Assembly: GCA_009694025.1 (NCBI GenBank)
Contig: SHVZ01000006.1
Coordinates: 990-64,989 of the forward strand
Source of the DNA: Alphaproteobacteria bacterium
GTDB lineage: Bacteria; Pseudomonadota; Alphaproteobacteria; SHVZ01
Reading direction: 5' to 3'
DNA length: 64,000 bases
A program made the translations under genes and the position numbers. Below are positions 11,086 to 20,213 of this stretch, one piece after another. The notes under the pieces are model-generated. The model did no database searches and was not told the origin of the DNA. It saw only the letters and a program-made list of their open reading frames with translations. Every line of letters begins with the position of its first letter. Position 1 is the stretch's first letter.

Positions 11086-11958
11086 CTATCGCCGCCGCGC
11101 CTCGCGGTAGAGGATGTAGAGACCGCTGGCGCAGATGATCGCCGCGCCGATCATCGTCGCCGCCGTCGGCACCTCGTCCCAGACGAGCAGGCCCGCCGCG
11201 GTCATCCACAGGAGCGAGGTGTAGCCGAGCGGCGCGATCAGCGCCGAGGGGGCATAGCGGAGCGATAGCGAGTACCAGTACTGGGCGACGCCGCCGCCGA
11301 GGCCGAGGCTGGCGAGTATCAGGAAGTCGATGAGGTCGGGTGTCGTCCAGGCGAACAACAGAGAAATGCTGAACACCACGAACGACATTCCCGTGTACAT
11401 GAAAGTGACGGACGCGGCGGTCTCGGTCGCGCTCAGCATCCGCATGGTGAGGTTGACGAAGGTACTGCAGAACGCCCCGGACAGCGCGACGACCACCCCC
11501 CATTCGAGCGCGTTCTGGCCCGGCTGCATCATGACGAGAACGCCGAGGAAGCCGATCAGCACCGCCGACCAGCGGTGGACGCCGACGCGCTCGCCGAGCA
11601 GCGGCACCGAGAGCGCGGTGATCAGCAGCGGCGAGATGAAGTTGTAGACGGTGGCGTCGGCGAGCGGGATCAGCCGGAGCGCATAGAAACCGAGGAGCAT
11701 CGAGCTCATGCCCGCCGCCATGCGGGCGAGGTGCATGGGAAAGCGCCCGGTGCGGAGCGTGCCGAGCCCGCCCTGGTGCATCACCATGACGATCGCCGGC
11801 ACCAGCGCGAAGGCGTGGCGGAAGAAGACGATCTCGTTCATCGGATAGCGGTCGCCGACCAGCTTCACGACCAGGGCCTGGCCCGAGAACAGCACGACCG
11901 CGGCGAGGCCGAAGGCGAGGCCGAGGAGGGTGTCGGATCGGGACTTGGGTCGGGACAT
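11086..11958 (-). CDS. DMT/EamA family transporter
   Basis: About 10 hydrophobic segments; LLGERVGVHRWSAVLIGFLGV. Confidence 0.9.
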   Translation of the reverse strand: MSRPKSRSDTLLGLAFGLAAVVLFSGQALVVKLVGDRYPMNEIVFFRHAFALVPAIVMVMHQGGLGTLRTGRFPMHLARMAAGMSSMLLGFYALRLIPLADATVYNFISPLLITALSVPLLGERVGVHRWSAVLIGFLGVLVMMQPGQNALEWGVVVALSGAFCSTFVNLTMRMLSATETAASVTFMYTGMSFVVFSISLLFAWTTPDLIDFLILASLGLGGGVAQYWYSLSLRYAPSALIAPLGYTSLLWMTAAGLLVWDEVPTAATMIGAAIICASGLYILYREARRR

Positions 11959-12046
11959 TCAGCCGGCGAATGAGCAGGGCTGGCATGGTCGCATGGCCGG
12001 GCGGTTGCCGCCACGTTTCCCGGACCGGCCTGAGCCGGCCGCCGCT

Positions 12047-12292
12047 CTACTCCATCCCAAGCGCGCGCTTATAGAGATCGAGCAGCGTCTCCTGTTCTTC
12101 GAGGTCGGCGCTGTCGAGCTTCCGGAGCTTGAGGATCTGCCGCATGATCTTGGTGTCGAACCCCGAACCTTTGGCTTCGGCGAAGACGTCCTTGATGTCG
12201 GCGGCGAGCGCCGCCTTCTCTTCTTCCAGGCGCTCGATCCGCTCGATGAAGGACTTGAGACGATCGCCCTGGATGCCGCCGACGTCGGCCAT
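12047..12292 (-). CDS. gapR: DUF2312/UPF0335 nucleoid-associated protein GapR
   Basis: LKSFIERIERLEEEK...DIKDVFAEAKGSGFDTKIMRQ...LDLYKRALGM. Confidence 0.92.
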   Translation of the reverse strand: MADVGGIQGDRLKSFIERIERLEEEKAALAADIKDVFAEAKGSGFDTKIMRQILKLRKLDSADLEEQETLLDLYKRALGME

Positions 12293-12356
12293 GACCGATT
12301 TTCCGCTCGCTCGAGGTTGGGAAAGCGGCGGACCTTAACGGCTCGGTCTTTGGGGT

Positions 12357-12656
12357 TCAACCGTGCTTGTGCGGGGCTGTGGAAAAAGCCTTGGCCTGGT
12401 CCGGGCTGGCTTCCTTCTGATGCTTCGCCTTCCATTCGGCATAGGGCATGCCGTAGACGATCTCCCGCGCCTTCTCGTCCGGGAGATCGATGCCCTTGTC
12501 CGCCGCCGCCGCCCGATACCACTTGGAAAGGCAGTTGCGGCAGAAGCCGGCGAGGTTCATCAGGTCGATGTTCTGGACGTCCGTCCGCTTGCGCAAATGC
12601 TCGACCAGCGTCCGGAAGGCCGCCGCCTCGAGCTCGGTCTCAGTCTGCTTGTCCAT
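12357..12656 (-). CDS. DUF1244 family protein
   Basis: ELEAAAFR, VQNIDLMNLAGFCRNCLSKWY, VYGMPYAEWK. Confidence 0.9.
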   Translation of the reverse strand: MDKQTETELEAAAFRTLVEHLRKRTDVQNIDLMNLAGFCRNCLSKWYRAAAADKGIDLPDEKAREIVYGMPYAEWKAKHQKEASPDQAKAFSTAPHKHG

Positions 12657-12669
12657 GTCCGTCTCCGCT

Positions 12670-14076
12670 TTATCGCGATGTCAGCTTGAGCTCGATCCGC
12701 CGGTTACGCCGCCGCGTGGTCTCCTCCGTTCCCTCCTCGATCGGCTGAAACTCGCCGTAGCCGGCGGCGGCGAGGCGATGGGAAGGGAGGCCCTGGCTGA
12801 TCAGGAACTTGACGACCGAGGTGGCGCGCGCCGTCGACAGCTCCCAGTTCGACGGGAACTGCGCCGTGGCGATGCGCACGGTGTCGGTGTGCCCGTCGAC
12901 CTGGAGCACCCAGTTGATGTCGGCGGGGATGGTCTGGATGACGTCGCGGAGCGTGCGAGCGAGCTGCCAGAGTTGCTCTTGCCCCTCGATGCCGAGGGTC
13001 GACGAGCCAGAGCCGAACAACACCTCCGACTGGAAAACGAAGCGGTCGCCGACGACGCGGATGTCCGGCCGGTCGCCGAGCGCCTCCCTCAGGCGCCCGA
13101 AGAACTCGGATCGGTAGCGTGCCAGCTCCTCGACCTTGCTCGCCAGCGCGAGGTTGAGCCGGCGACCGAGATCGGCGATCTGGACCTGCTGCTCCTTCGA
13201 CTTCTCCTCGGAGATGTCGAGGGCTGCCGAGATCCGGGCGAGCTGCTGGCGAAGCGCCAGCAGCTGGCGGTTCAGCAACTCGACCTGGTCCTGGGCGTCG
13301 CGGGTCAGCTTCTCCTGCTCGGTGAGCTTGGTCGCAGTCGCCTCGCGCTCACGCTGGACCAGCAGCGTGCGCTCCTCGGCGCCAACGCGCCTGGCCTCCT
13401 CGGCGCGCTTGGCCTCCTCCGCGGTGGCGAGCCGGGCCTCAAGCTCCTTCGAGCGGTCGCGGACCGCGCCGAGCTCCCGTGCGCTGGCATCGAGACGTGC
13501 CGCGAGCTGGCCAACCCGAACCTCTAGGTCGTCTTTCACCTTCTTCAGCGCGTCGATGTCCCGCAGGAGCTGGAGCGCCTCGGCCGTCTTGGCGTTGAGC
13601 TCCGCCTGGCTGAGGGTCCTGCCCCGCTCCGATTCGGTAAGGCGCGATTGCAGGGCGTCGCGCTCGCGCGCCAGGTCGGCGAGCCGGGCCTGGAGCTGGT
13701 CGCGCTGGACGTCGGATTGGGCCAGGCGCGACGTCAGCGAATCGCGCTCGCGCCCAAGGTCGGTGACGCGCAGTTGTAGCTGGTCGCGCTGGCTGGTCGA
13801 GGTCTGCAGCTCGGCGGCGACCTGGGCTAGATTGAGGCGGAGCTCGGCCGAGGTCTCCTTCTCGATCGACAGCATCTGCGACAGCTCGGCCAGCTGCCGA
13901 TTGAGGCGAACGAGGGTCTCGTCACGGCCTGAGAGCGCCGCCGACAGGTAAAACTGAGAGAGGACGAAGACCAGCAGGACGAAGATGATGACCATGAGCA
14001 GCGTCGCCAGCGCATCGACGAAGCCCGGCCAGATGTCGAAACCCGGGCGGCCCCTGCCGGAGGCCGGCGCGCTCAT
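12670..14076 (-). CDS. MotB-like protein: one TM helix, long coiled coil, OmpA-like peptidoglycan-binding domain
   Basis: WPGFVDALATLL TM with conserved Asp; C-terminal DGHTD, NWELSTARA, NRRIE. Confidence 0.88.
   Translation of the reverse strand: MSAPASGRGRPGFDIWPGFVDALATLLMVIIFVLLVFVLSQFYLSAALSGRDETLVRLNRQLAELSQMLSIEKETSAELRLNLAQVAAELQTSTSQRDQLQLRVTDLGRERDSLTSRLAQSDVQRDQLQARLADLARERDALQSRLTESERGRTLSQAELNAKTAEALQLLRDIDALKKVKDDLEVRVGQLAARLDASARELGAVRDRSKELEARLATAEEAKRAEEARRVGAEERTLLVQREREATATKLTEQEKLTRDAQDQVELLNRQLLALRQQLARISAALDISEEKSKEQQVQIADLGRRLNLALASKVEELARYRSEFFGRLREALGDRPDIRVVGDRFVFQSEVLFGSGSSTLGIEGQEQLWQLARTLRDVIQTIPADINWVLQVDGHTDTVRIATAQFPSNWELSTARATSVVKFLISQGLPSHRLAAAGYGEFQPIEEGTEETTRRRNRRIELKLTSR
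13624..13791 (-). repeat. Degenerate 84-bp (28-aa) tandem duplication in the MotB-like coiled coil
   Basis: QRDQLQLRVTDLGRERDSLTSRLAQSDV / QRDQLQARLADLARERDALQSRLTESER; the DNA units are offset by 84 nt. Confidence 0.75.
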
Positions 14077-15284
14077 GGGCGCGTCGCCCGAACCGGCTTG
14101 GTGACCGCGATGGGCGCCGCCGGCTGCGGGGCGCGGCTCTGCTCATCGGCGAGCGCGGCGATGGTCCGCGCCAGGAGGCGGATCTCGCTCCGCACTTCAT
14201 CGGAGGTCTGCTGGCGGCCGGTAGAGACCTCGTCGACGAGGCGGGCGAGATAGACCTCGATGTTGCGGATGTGCGAACGCGTCGCCTCGTCGCCACCGAA
14301 ACCGCCGCTGGCGACCGCGTCGGCCATGCGCGCGAGGATCGGCTTCAGCTCCATCTGGTTCTCGGCCAGCCGCAGCATCAGCTGCTGCTCGGCCTTCATC
14401 TGGTCGGTCAATACCGACAGCTTCTCGGTCAGCTGCATAAGCTGGTTGTTGGCGCCTTTGCGCGCGTCCTCGCCGCGGGCGACCGCGCGCTGCAGGGTGT
14501 CCATGCTGTCGGCCGTGCGCTCGATCAGCGCCTGCAGGAAGGCCGGCACGCTCGCCGTCTCGCCGGTGTCGCCGATCGAGGGACCGGCGCCGACCTTGGT
14601 CATGCCGGCGAGCCATTCCTCGAGCTCGTTGTAGAAGCGGTTCTGCGCCTGGCTCGCCTGCAGGTCGAGGAAGCCCAGCACCAGCGAGCCGGCGAGCCCG
14701 AGCATCGAGGAGCTGAAGGCCGTCCCCATGCCGCCGAGCGGCGCCTGCAGGCCCGATTTCAGCTCGTTGAAGAAAGCGTTGATGTCGCCGCCGACGGTGC
14801 CGAGACCGCCGATGACGCCGGCGATCGACGACACGGTCTCGAGCAGGCCCCAGAAGGTGCCGAGCAATCCCAAGAAGACGAGGAGGCCGATCAGGTAGCG
14901 CGAGATGTCGCGGCCCTCGTCGAGGCGGCTTCGGATCGAATCGAGAAGCGAGCGCGCGGCGACCGCCGAGAGCGCCATCCGGGTCCCGGTCTGACGGTCG
15001 CCGAGCACGGCCGAGAGCGGGGCGAGCAGCCTGGGCTGCCGCTGCACGGAGAGGCCGGGCGCGTTGCGACGGTAGGTGTCGAGCCAGCGCGCCTCCGGGG
15101 CGAGCTGGATCACCTGGCGAACGATGTAGAGAATGCCGAGGAGGAGCACGCCGACGATCCCGCTGTTGAGCGGCACGTTCGCCATGAAGGCGTGGACGAG
15201 AGCCGGGAACAGCGCGGCCACCAGCGCCGCCACCGCGACCACGAACAGCAGCATGCGGGTGAGGTAGCGCCCGGGTCCGGTCAT
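14073..15284 (-). CDS. MotA/TolQ/ExbB-like proton channel protein with C-terminal coiled-coil tail
   Basis: LGLLGTFWGL, GMGTAFSSSMLGLAGS; ATGA-coupled to the MotB-like gene. Confidence 0.85.
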   Translation of the reverse strand: MTGPGRYLTRMLLFVVAVAALVAALFPALVHAFMANVPLNSGIVGVLLLGILYIVRQVIQLAPEARWLDTYRRNAPGLSVQRQPRLLAPLSAVLGDRQTGTRMALSAVAARSLLDSIRSRLDEGRDISRYLIGLLVFLGLLGTFWGLLETVSSIAGVIGGLGTVGGDINAFFNELKSGLQAPLGGMGTAFSSSMLGLAGSLVLGFLDLQASQAQNRFYNELEEWLAGMTKVGAGPSIGDTGETASVPAFLQALIERTADSMDTLQRAVARGEDARKGANNQLMQLTEKLSVLTDQMKAEQQLMLRLAENQMELKPILARMADAVASGGFGGDEATRSHIRNIEVYLARLVDEVSTGRQQTSDEVRSEIRLLARTIAALADEQSRAPQPAAPIAVTKPVRATRP

Positions 15285-15323
15285 AGCCTTGTCCTCGCGA
15301 TGGCGTTCCCGCCGAACAGACTG

Positions 15324-16139
15324 CTAGCGGTCGCCGATCAGCAGATCGACGCGATCGGGCGGGCCGTCGCTCGCACGGGCGCCAAGCGCGCGCACGTCGA
15401 TGCGGGTCGAGCGCACGCCTTGGGAGATCAGATAGGAGCGAACGGCGAGCGCCCGCGACAACGAGAGGCGCCGCGCCTGGCTCGCCTGCTCGGGCGTGCC
15501 GTCGGCGTAGGCGACGACCTGGAGCCTGAGCGATTCATCGGCGGTCAGCCGCTGGACCATGTCCTTGAGCGTCGCATCGGCCCCCGGCGGGAGATCCGAG
15601 GATCCGGCCCCGAAGACGAGGCGTGGACCGGCGCCGGTGAGCGCCGCCGGCGGCAAGGCGGCGGCCGGCGGTCTGGCGGCGGTCTGGGTCGGTGCCGCAG
15701 CCGGGGTGGGCGCCGCAGCCGGTGGCGGAGCCGCCGGCGGGGCAACCGCGGCGGCTCGGGGCGGCGGCGGCGAAGCGGCTGGGGCGGGCTGGACGGACGT
15801 CACCTGCATCGATGCGGGCGGCGGCGGAGCGGCCGCCGCGACGGACGGGGCCGGGCTCGCCGGCTGAGGTGGGCTCGCCGCCGCTGGCCGGGCGGCCGGC
15901 TGGGCCGGCCGAGCCGGAGGCGGCGCCGGGGGACGGAGCGAGATGCGCTCGGGCTGGCGGCCCCTGAGGAGGGACGGCAGCGTCGGGGCCGGCCCGAGGG
16001 TGTCGAGCACGCCAAGGTCGACGACGACGTTCGGCATCGGGCTTCCGACCATCACGGTCTGAGCCCGGGCGCCGCCGGCCGTGACGATAAGTCCGGTAAG
16101 CGCCAAGCCGAGGCAACGCGCCCGAAGGGTGTCAGCCAT
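15324..16139 (-). CDS. Exported OmpA-family protein with Pro/Ala-rich linker
   Basis: Signal peptide ending GARA; PA-rich middle; ARRLSLSRALAVRSYL...RVDL. Confidence 0.8.
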   Translation of the reverse strand: MADTLRARCLGLALTGLIVTAGGARAQTVMVGSPMPNVVVDLGVLDTLGPAPTLPSLLRGRQPERISLRPPAPPPARPAQPAARPAAASPPQPASPAPSVAAAAPPPPASMQVTSVQPAPAASPPPPRAAAVAPPAAPPPAAAPTPAAAPTQTAARPPAAALPPAALTGAGPRLVFGAGSSDLPPGADATLKDMVQRLTADESLRLQVVAYADGTPEQASQARRLSLSRALAVRSYLISQGVRSTRIDVRALGARASDGPPDRVDLLIGDR

Positions 16140-16223
16140 CGCCTGTTCCAGCCAGCCTTTGATTGTCCGGCTGGCAGAATACCCCATGGCTCATCGCGGG
16201 AACAACGACCTTGGGCGGCACCC

Positions 16224-17015
16224 TCAGACGCCCCTCAGCAGGTCGCCGAGCGGGCGGTGAAGCTGGTCGTTGGCGGCGAGCACGCTGCCCGAAGCCATCA
16301 TGGCGCCGCCGCCGCCGATCTCCGTGACGTAGCCCCCGGCCTCGCGCACAAGCACGATTCCGGCGCAGATGTCCCAGGGGTGGAGCGGCTCCTCCCAGAA
16401 GCCGTCGAGCCGCCCGGAGGCGACATAGGCGAGATCCAGGGCGGCGGCGCCGAGTCGGCGGAGGCCGGCGGTCTTGGCGATCACCGCCTCGGTCCGCCGG
16501 ATGAACAGGGCATGGTCGCCGTGGCCGAGGAACGGCGCCCCGGTGCCGATCAGCGCCTCCTCCATCTTGCGACGGGCGGAGACCCTGAGCCGACGCTCGT
16601 TCAGATGGGCGCCCTGCCCCTTCTCGGCCCAGTAGAGCTCGTCGTTCACCGGGTTGTAGATGACCCCGGCGAACGGTTCGCCGTCGCGCTCGACGCCGAT
16701 CGAGATGGCGAAATGCGGAAGGCCGTGCAGAAAGTTGAGGGTCCCGTCGAGCGGGTCGATGATCCAGCGGTTGGAGCTGTCCTTGCCGGGCGTCCCGCCG
16801 CCCTCCTCCATCAGGAGGCCATAGTCGGGCCGGGCCTTGGAGAGCTCGCGCTTGAGGATCTGCTCGGACTTGAGATCGGCCTGGGAGACGAAATCGGCCG
16901 GCCCCTTCTTGCTGACCTGAAGGTGCTCGACCTCGCCGAAGTCGCGGATCAGCCCCTTGGCGGCCTTGTAGGCGGCATTGACCATGACGTTGATGAGCGG
17001 CGACCGGGCGGCCAC
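16224..17015 (-). CDS. suhB: Inositol monophosphatase SuhB
   Basis: WIIDPLDGTLNFLHG, RRLGAAALDL, WDICAG; GTG start with GAGG RBS. Confidence 0.93.
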   Translation of the reverse strand: MAARSPLINVMVNAAYKAAKGLIRDFGEVEHLQVSKKGPADFVSQADLKSEQILKRELSKARPDYGLLMEEGGGTPGKDSSNRWIIDPLDGTLNFLHGLPHFAISIGVERDGEPFAGVIYNPVNDELYWAEKGQGAHLNERRLRVSARRKMEEALIGTGAPFLGHGDHALFIRRTEAVIAKTAGLRRLGAAALDLAYVASGRLDGFWEEPLHPWDICAGIVLVREAGGYVTEIGGGGAMMASGSVLAANDQLHRPLGDLLRGV

Positions 17016-17121
17016 GAGCGACCTCGACTTTAAGAAAGAGCGGGGCGCGGAAGCTATCAGAGCGCCATCGGGCGAGCAACGCGCCCGGGAAGACGATCCG
17101 GCCAATCCCGACCGTTCGCCC

Positions 17122-18327
17122 TCAGTGCGTCGTCGGCGGCGCCTTGTGGCTCCAGCGGATCGGGAGGGTCACCGTCACTTCGGTGCCCGATCCGACGGTG
17201 CTGTCGATGCCCATCCGCCCACCGAGCTTCTCGACCATGAACTTGGCGATCGAGAGGCCGAGGCCGCTGCCCTCCGGCGCATCCGGGCCCGGTTGCCCCC
17301 GGCTGTAGGGCTGGGCGACCCCGGGCAGGCGCTCGGGCGCGATGCCGACACCGGTGTCCGTGACCTTGAGGCTCAAGGCTTGGGTGGCCGGCTCGCTGGC
17401 GATGTGGATCGTCACCTGCCCGCCCGTCCGCGTGAACTTGATCGCGTTGCCGACCAGATTGATCAGCACCTGGCGCACCCGGCCCTCGTCGGTCTCGAGC
17501 GGCGGGATGCGGCTGTCGATGTCGGCGACGACATTGACACCGGCCTGCTCGGCCTGATGCGAGAGCAGGCGGGTGACCGCCAGCACGGTGCGGCGGAGGT
17601 CGGTCTTGGCCGGGAACACGCGGGTCTGGCCGGCCTCGAGCGAGTAGATCTCCATCAGGTCGTTCACGACCGAGGCGAGGTGTACGCTCGCCTCGTGGAT
17701 GGTCTCGACATACTCCCGGTACTTGTCGGCGCCGAGCGGGCCATAGGCCTCCATGCGCATGATCTCGGCGAAGCCGGAGATGGCGTTGAGCGGGGTCTTC
17801 AGCTCGTGCAGCACCGCGGCCGGCTGCAATCCGCCGTCGCGCTTGGCATCGCGCTGGCGCACTTCAGCGAGCTGGCGTTCGAGGTGCCTTTGGGCCTCTT
17901 GAAGAAGGTTGAGCCCCTGCTCCAGCCGCGCGATCCGCTTCTTCACCGCCTCCGGCGTCTGGGCGAGGCCGGCGACGTGATTGCGAAGGACCGCGAGCTC
18001 GGCGTTCAGCTTGACCCGGTGGCGCAGCTCAGCCTCGGTCGCACCGGAAGGAATCCAGTCATCGGCGGCGTCGTCCGCCGTCGAGCGGTCGAGCCGGACC
18101 AACCGCGGCCGGCGGGGACCTTCGAGCCAGCGCCGGTCGAGGGCATTGGACTCCGCCACGATCACCAGCGCATTGCCGTCGCCGTCCGCCGGCTGGGAGA
18201 CGAAGGCGTAGCCGTCCAGCGTCAGCGCGGCGACCGTCGCGCGCCGCCGCTTCTCGTCGCCGATGGCGACAAGCAAACGGGCGTTGCGATGGCCGAGCGC
18301 TTCACCGCCGGCCGGCGTCTCGCCCAT
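17122..18327 (-). CDS. Histidine kinase with degenerate receiver-like N-terminus (PleC/DivJ-type H-box)
   Basis: HELKTPLNAISGFAEIM, NLVGNAIKFT, DTGVGI, GSGLGL. Confidence 0.85.
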   Translation of the reverse strand: MGETPAGGEALGHRNARLLVAIGDEKRRRATVAALTLDGYAFVSQPADGDGNALVIVAESNALDRRWLEGPRRPRLVRLDRSTADDAADDWIPSGATEAELRHRVKLNAELAVLRNHVAGLAQTPEAVKKRIARLEQGLNLLQEAQRHLERQLAEVRQRDAKRDGGLQPAAVLHELKTPLNAISGFAEIMRMEAYGPLGADKYREYVETIHEASVHLASVVNDLMEIYSLEAGQTRVFPAKTDLRRTVLAVTRLLSHQAEQAGVNVVADIDSRIPPLETDEGRVRQVLINLVGNAIKFTRTGGQVTIHIASEPATQALSLKVTDTGVGIAPERLPGVAQPYSRGQPGPDAPEGSGLGLSIAKFMVEKLGGRMGIDSTVGSGTEVTVTLPIRWSHKAPPTTH

Positions 18328-18408
18328 GCCGCCCCCTAACCCTCGGATTTCAATGGCGGCAGAATGAGGCGCCACCCCCGCCACGGCAACCGAAATGGCC
18401 GAACATGG

Positions 18409-19623
18409 TTAATCGCCGGTCGGGCGAAGCCGATTCGCTTCGAGCCGGAGATAACCGTCGCGCGTTTGCGGCAGTTTCCGGCCGAGAAGCTTGGCGGCGA
18501 CAAGGGTTCTCAGAATCTGGGCGGTGCCGCCGCCAATAGTAAACATACGTACATCGCGCGCCATGCGCTCAAGCGGGAAGTTGCGCGAGTAGCCACGCGC
18601 GCCGTGGATCTGCAAGGCGTCGTTGACGACACGGATCGCGGTCTCCGACGCCAGGATCTTCGCCTGGGCGGCCTCGATCGGATCGGGAAAGCCGCTCGGG
18701 CTCCGTCCGACGGCGGCGCGCCAGATCATCAGGCGGGCCGCCTCCAGGCCGATCGACATGTCCGCCAGCATCCATTGCAGGCCCTGGAACTCGGCGATCG
18801 GCCGACCGAACTGCTCGCGGGTCTTCGAGTGGGCGAGCGCCAGGTCGAAGGCCCCCTGAGCGATGCCGAGGGCCACGGTGCCGGCGCCGACGCGTTGGGC
18901 GTTGTAAGCGTTCATCAGTCCGGCGAACCCCCGCTGGAGGCCCTCGGGCGGCGTCAGCGCCATGGTTTCCGGCACTTCCAGGTTCTCGAAGATCACCTCG
19001 GTCTCCGGAATGCCGCGGAGGCCCATCGCCGGCTCGCGCCTGCCGATGATCAGGCCCTTGTCGCCGAGCATGGCGATGAAGCCGCCGATGCCACGCTCGC
19101 GCCCGCCCTCGACGACCCGGGCGAAGATCAAATGCAGCTTGGAGACGCCGCCGCCGGTGATCCAGTGCTTCCTGCCGTTGAGGACCCAGCGGTCGCCCCG
19201 CTTCTCCGCCCGCGTCGTCATTCCCGTCGCCGCCGATCCGGCCTCGGGCTCGGTGATGCAGATCGCCGGCTTGTCGCCGGACAGCACCTGGCGGGCGGCC
19301 AGGCGCCGCTGCTCGTCCGAGCCGTAGGCGAGGATGGCGCCGATCGCCCCCATGTTGCCCTCGACGACGATGCGGCCGGTGACGGCGCAGGCCTTGGCCA
19401 ACTCTTCGATCACCAGCACGGCGTCGAGATAGGAAAGGCCGGAGCCGCCGAGGTCCCTCGGCACGGTCATGCCCATCAACCCGGCCTCGGTCAGCGCCTC
19501 GACGATGTCCCAGGGATAGGCCTCGGTGCGGTCGACCTCGGCCGCGCGCGGGCCGACCACCCGGCGGGCGAGGTCACGGGCCTTCTCCTTGAGCTCGATC
19601 TGGGCGGGGCTTAGGTTGAACAT
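18409..19623 (-). CDS. acdA: Acyl-CoA dehydrogenase-fold 3-sulfinopropanoyl-CoA desulfinase-like protein
   Basis: GDKPAICITEP, WITGGGVSKLHLIFARV, AYNAQRVGAG, RMFTIGGGTAQILR and C-terminal KLPQTRDGYL match my recollection of Advenella AcdDPN7. Confidence 0.8.
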   Translation of the reverse strand: MFNLSPAQIELKEKARDLARRVVGPRAAEVDRTEAYPWDIVEALTEAGLMGMTVPRDLGGSGLSYLDAVLVIEELAKACAVTGRIVVEGNMGAIGAILAYGSDEQRRLAARQVLSGDKPAICITEPEAGSAATGMTTRAEKRGDRWVLNGRKHWITGGGVSKLHLIFARVVEGGRERGIGGFIAMLGDKGLIIGRREPAMGLRGIPETEVIFENLEVPETMALTPPEGLQRGFAGLMNAYNAQRVGAGTVALGIAQGAFDLALAHSKTREQFGRPIAEFQGLQWMLADMSIGLEAARLMIWRAAVGRSPSGFPDPIEAAQAKILASETAIRVVNDALQIHGARGYSRNFPLERMARDVRMFTIGGGTAQILRTLVAAKLLGRKLPQTRDGYLRLEANRLRPTGD

Positions 19624-19703
19624 CAGGCGTTCCCGGTAGCGGAGACCGACAGTAGCGCTCCGCCGCCGCCCTGGTAAATTGCCGTCAGGGGGGACCCAAG
19701 ACC

Positions 19704-20174
19704 ATGAGGCTCTGGCTCGCCGTCGCAGGGGTGGTCGTCGCGCTCGCCAGTCCGGCCGCGGCCCAGGAGGGCCATGCCGGCTACTACTATCCGGAGCCGC
19801 AGTCCCGGGAGGACTACGTCTCCCGCGCCCGGACGATGATCGATTCCGACCGTTCGCGGCGGCTCCAGTTCACCCAGTCGCTCACCATGGGCCAGCTCGA
19901 GCGGCCCTTCCCGCCGTCCTTCGCCATCTTCGCCAAGGGCGACGAGGCGGAGAAGCTGATCATCGTCAGCATGAACGCCGGCTACGCCGACACGCTCTTT
20001 CGCATGCGCGGATTCCTGGCACTCCTGACCCACGTCGCGCGCGAGAGCCCGCTCTTCACCTCCTTCAAGGTCGAGGAGATCTTCACCTTCCTCGACCTCC
20101 TGAAGCTGCTGGGATTCCAGCAGCTCACCGTCACCGACGGCGACCGCTACGCCCACCAGATCCTGATCAAGTAG
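19704..20174 (+). CDS. Exported hypothetical protein
   Basis: Signal peptide ending AAA-Q; HAGYYYPEP motif; GC3-rich codon usage. Confidence 0.75.
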   Translation: MRLWLAVAGVVVALASPAAAQEGHAGYYYPEPQSREDYVSRARTMIDSDRSRRLQFTQSLTMGQLERPFPPSFAIFAKGDEAEKLIIVSMNAGYADTLFRMRGFLALLTHVARESPLFTSFKVEEIFTFLDLLKLLGFQQLTVTDGDRYAHQILIK

Positions 20175-20213
20175 CCTTCCCCATCGGTCTCGACGCCGCT
20201 TCGGAGCCATCGC

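Noticed and set aside
12670-15284. Zorya anti-phage system
   Set aside because: No ZorC/D/E effectors and a housekeeping context; kept only as a structural analogy.
15640-15935. GC-rich quasi-repeats
   Set aside because: They encode the Pro/Ala linker of the OmpA protein; not a CRISPR or DNA repeat array.
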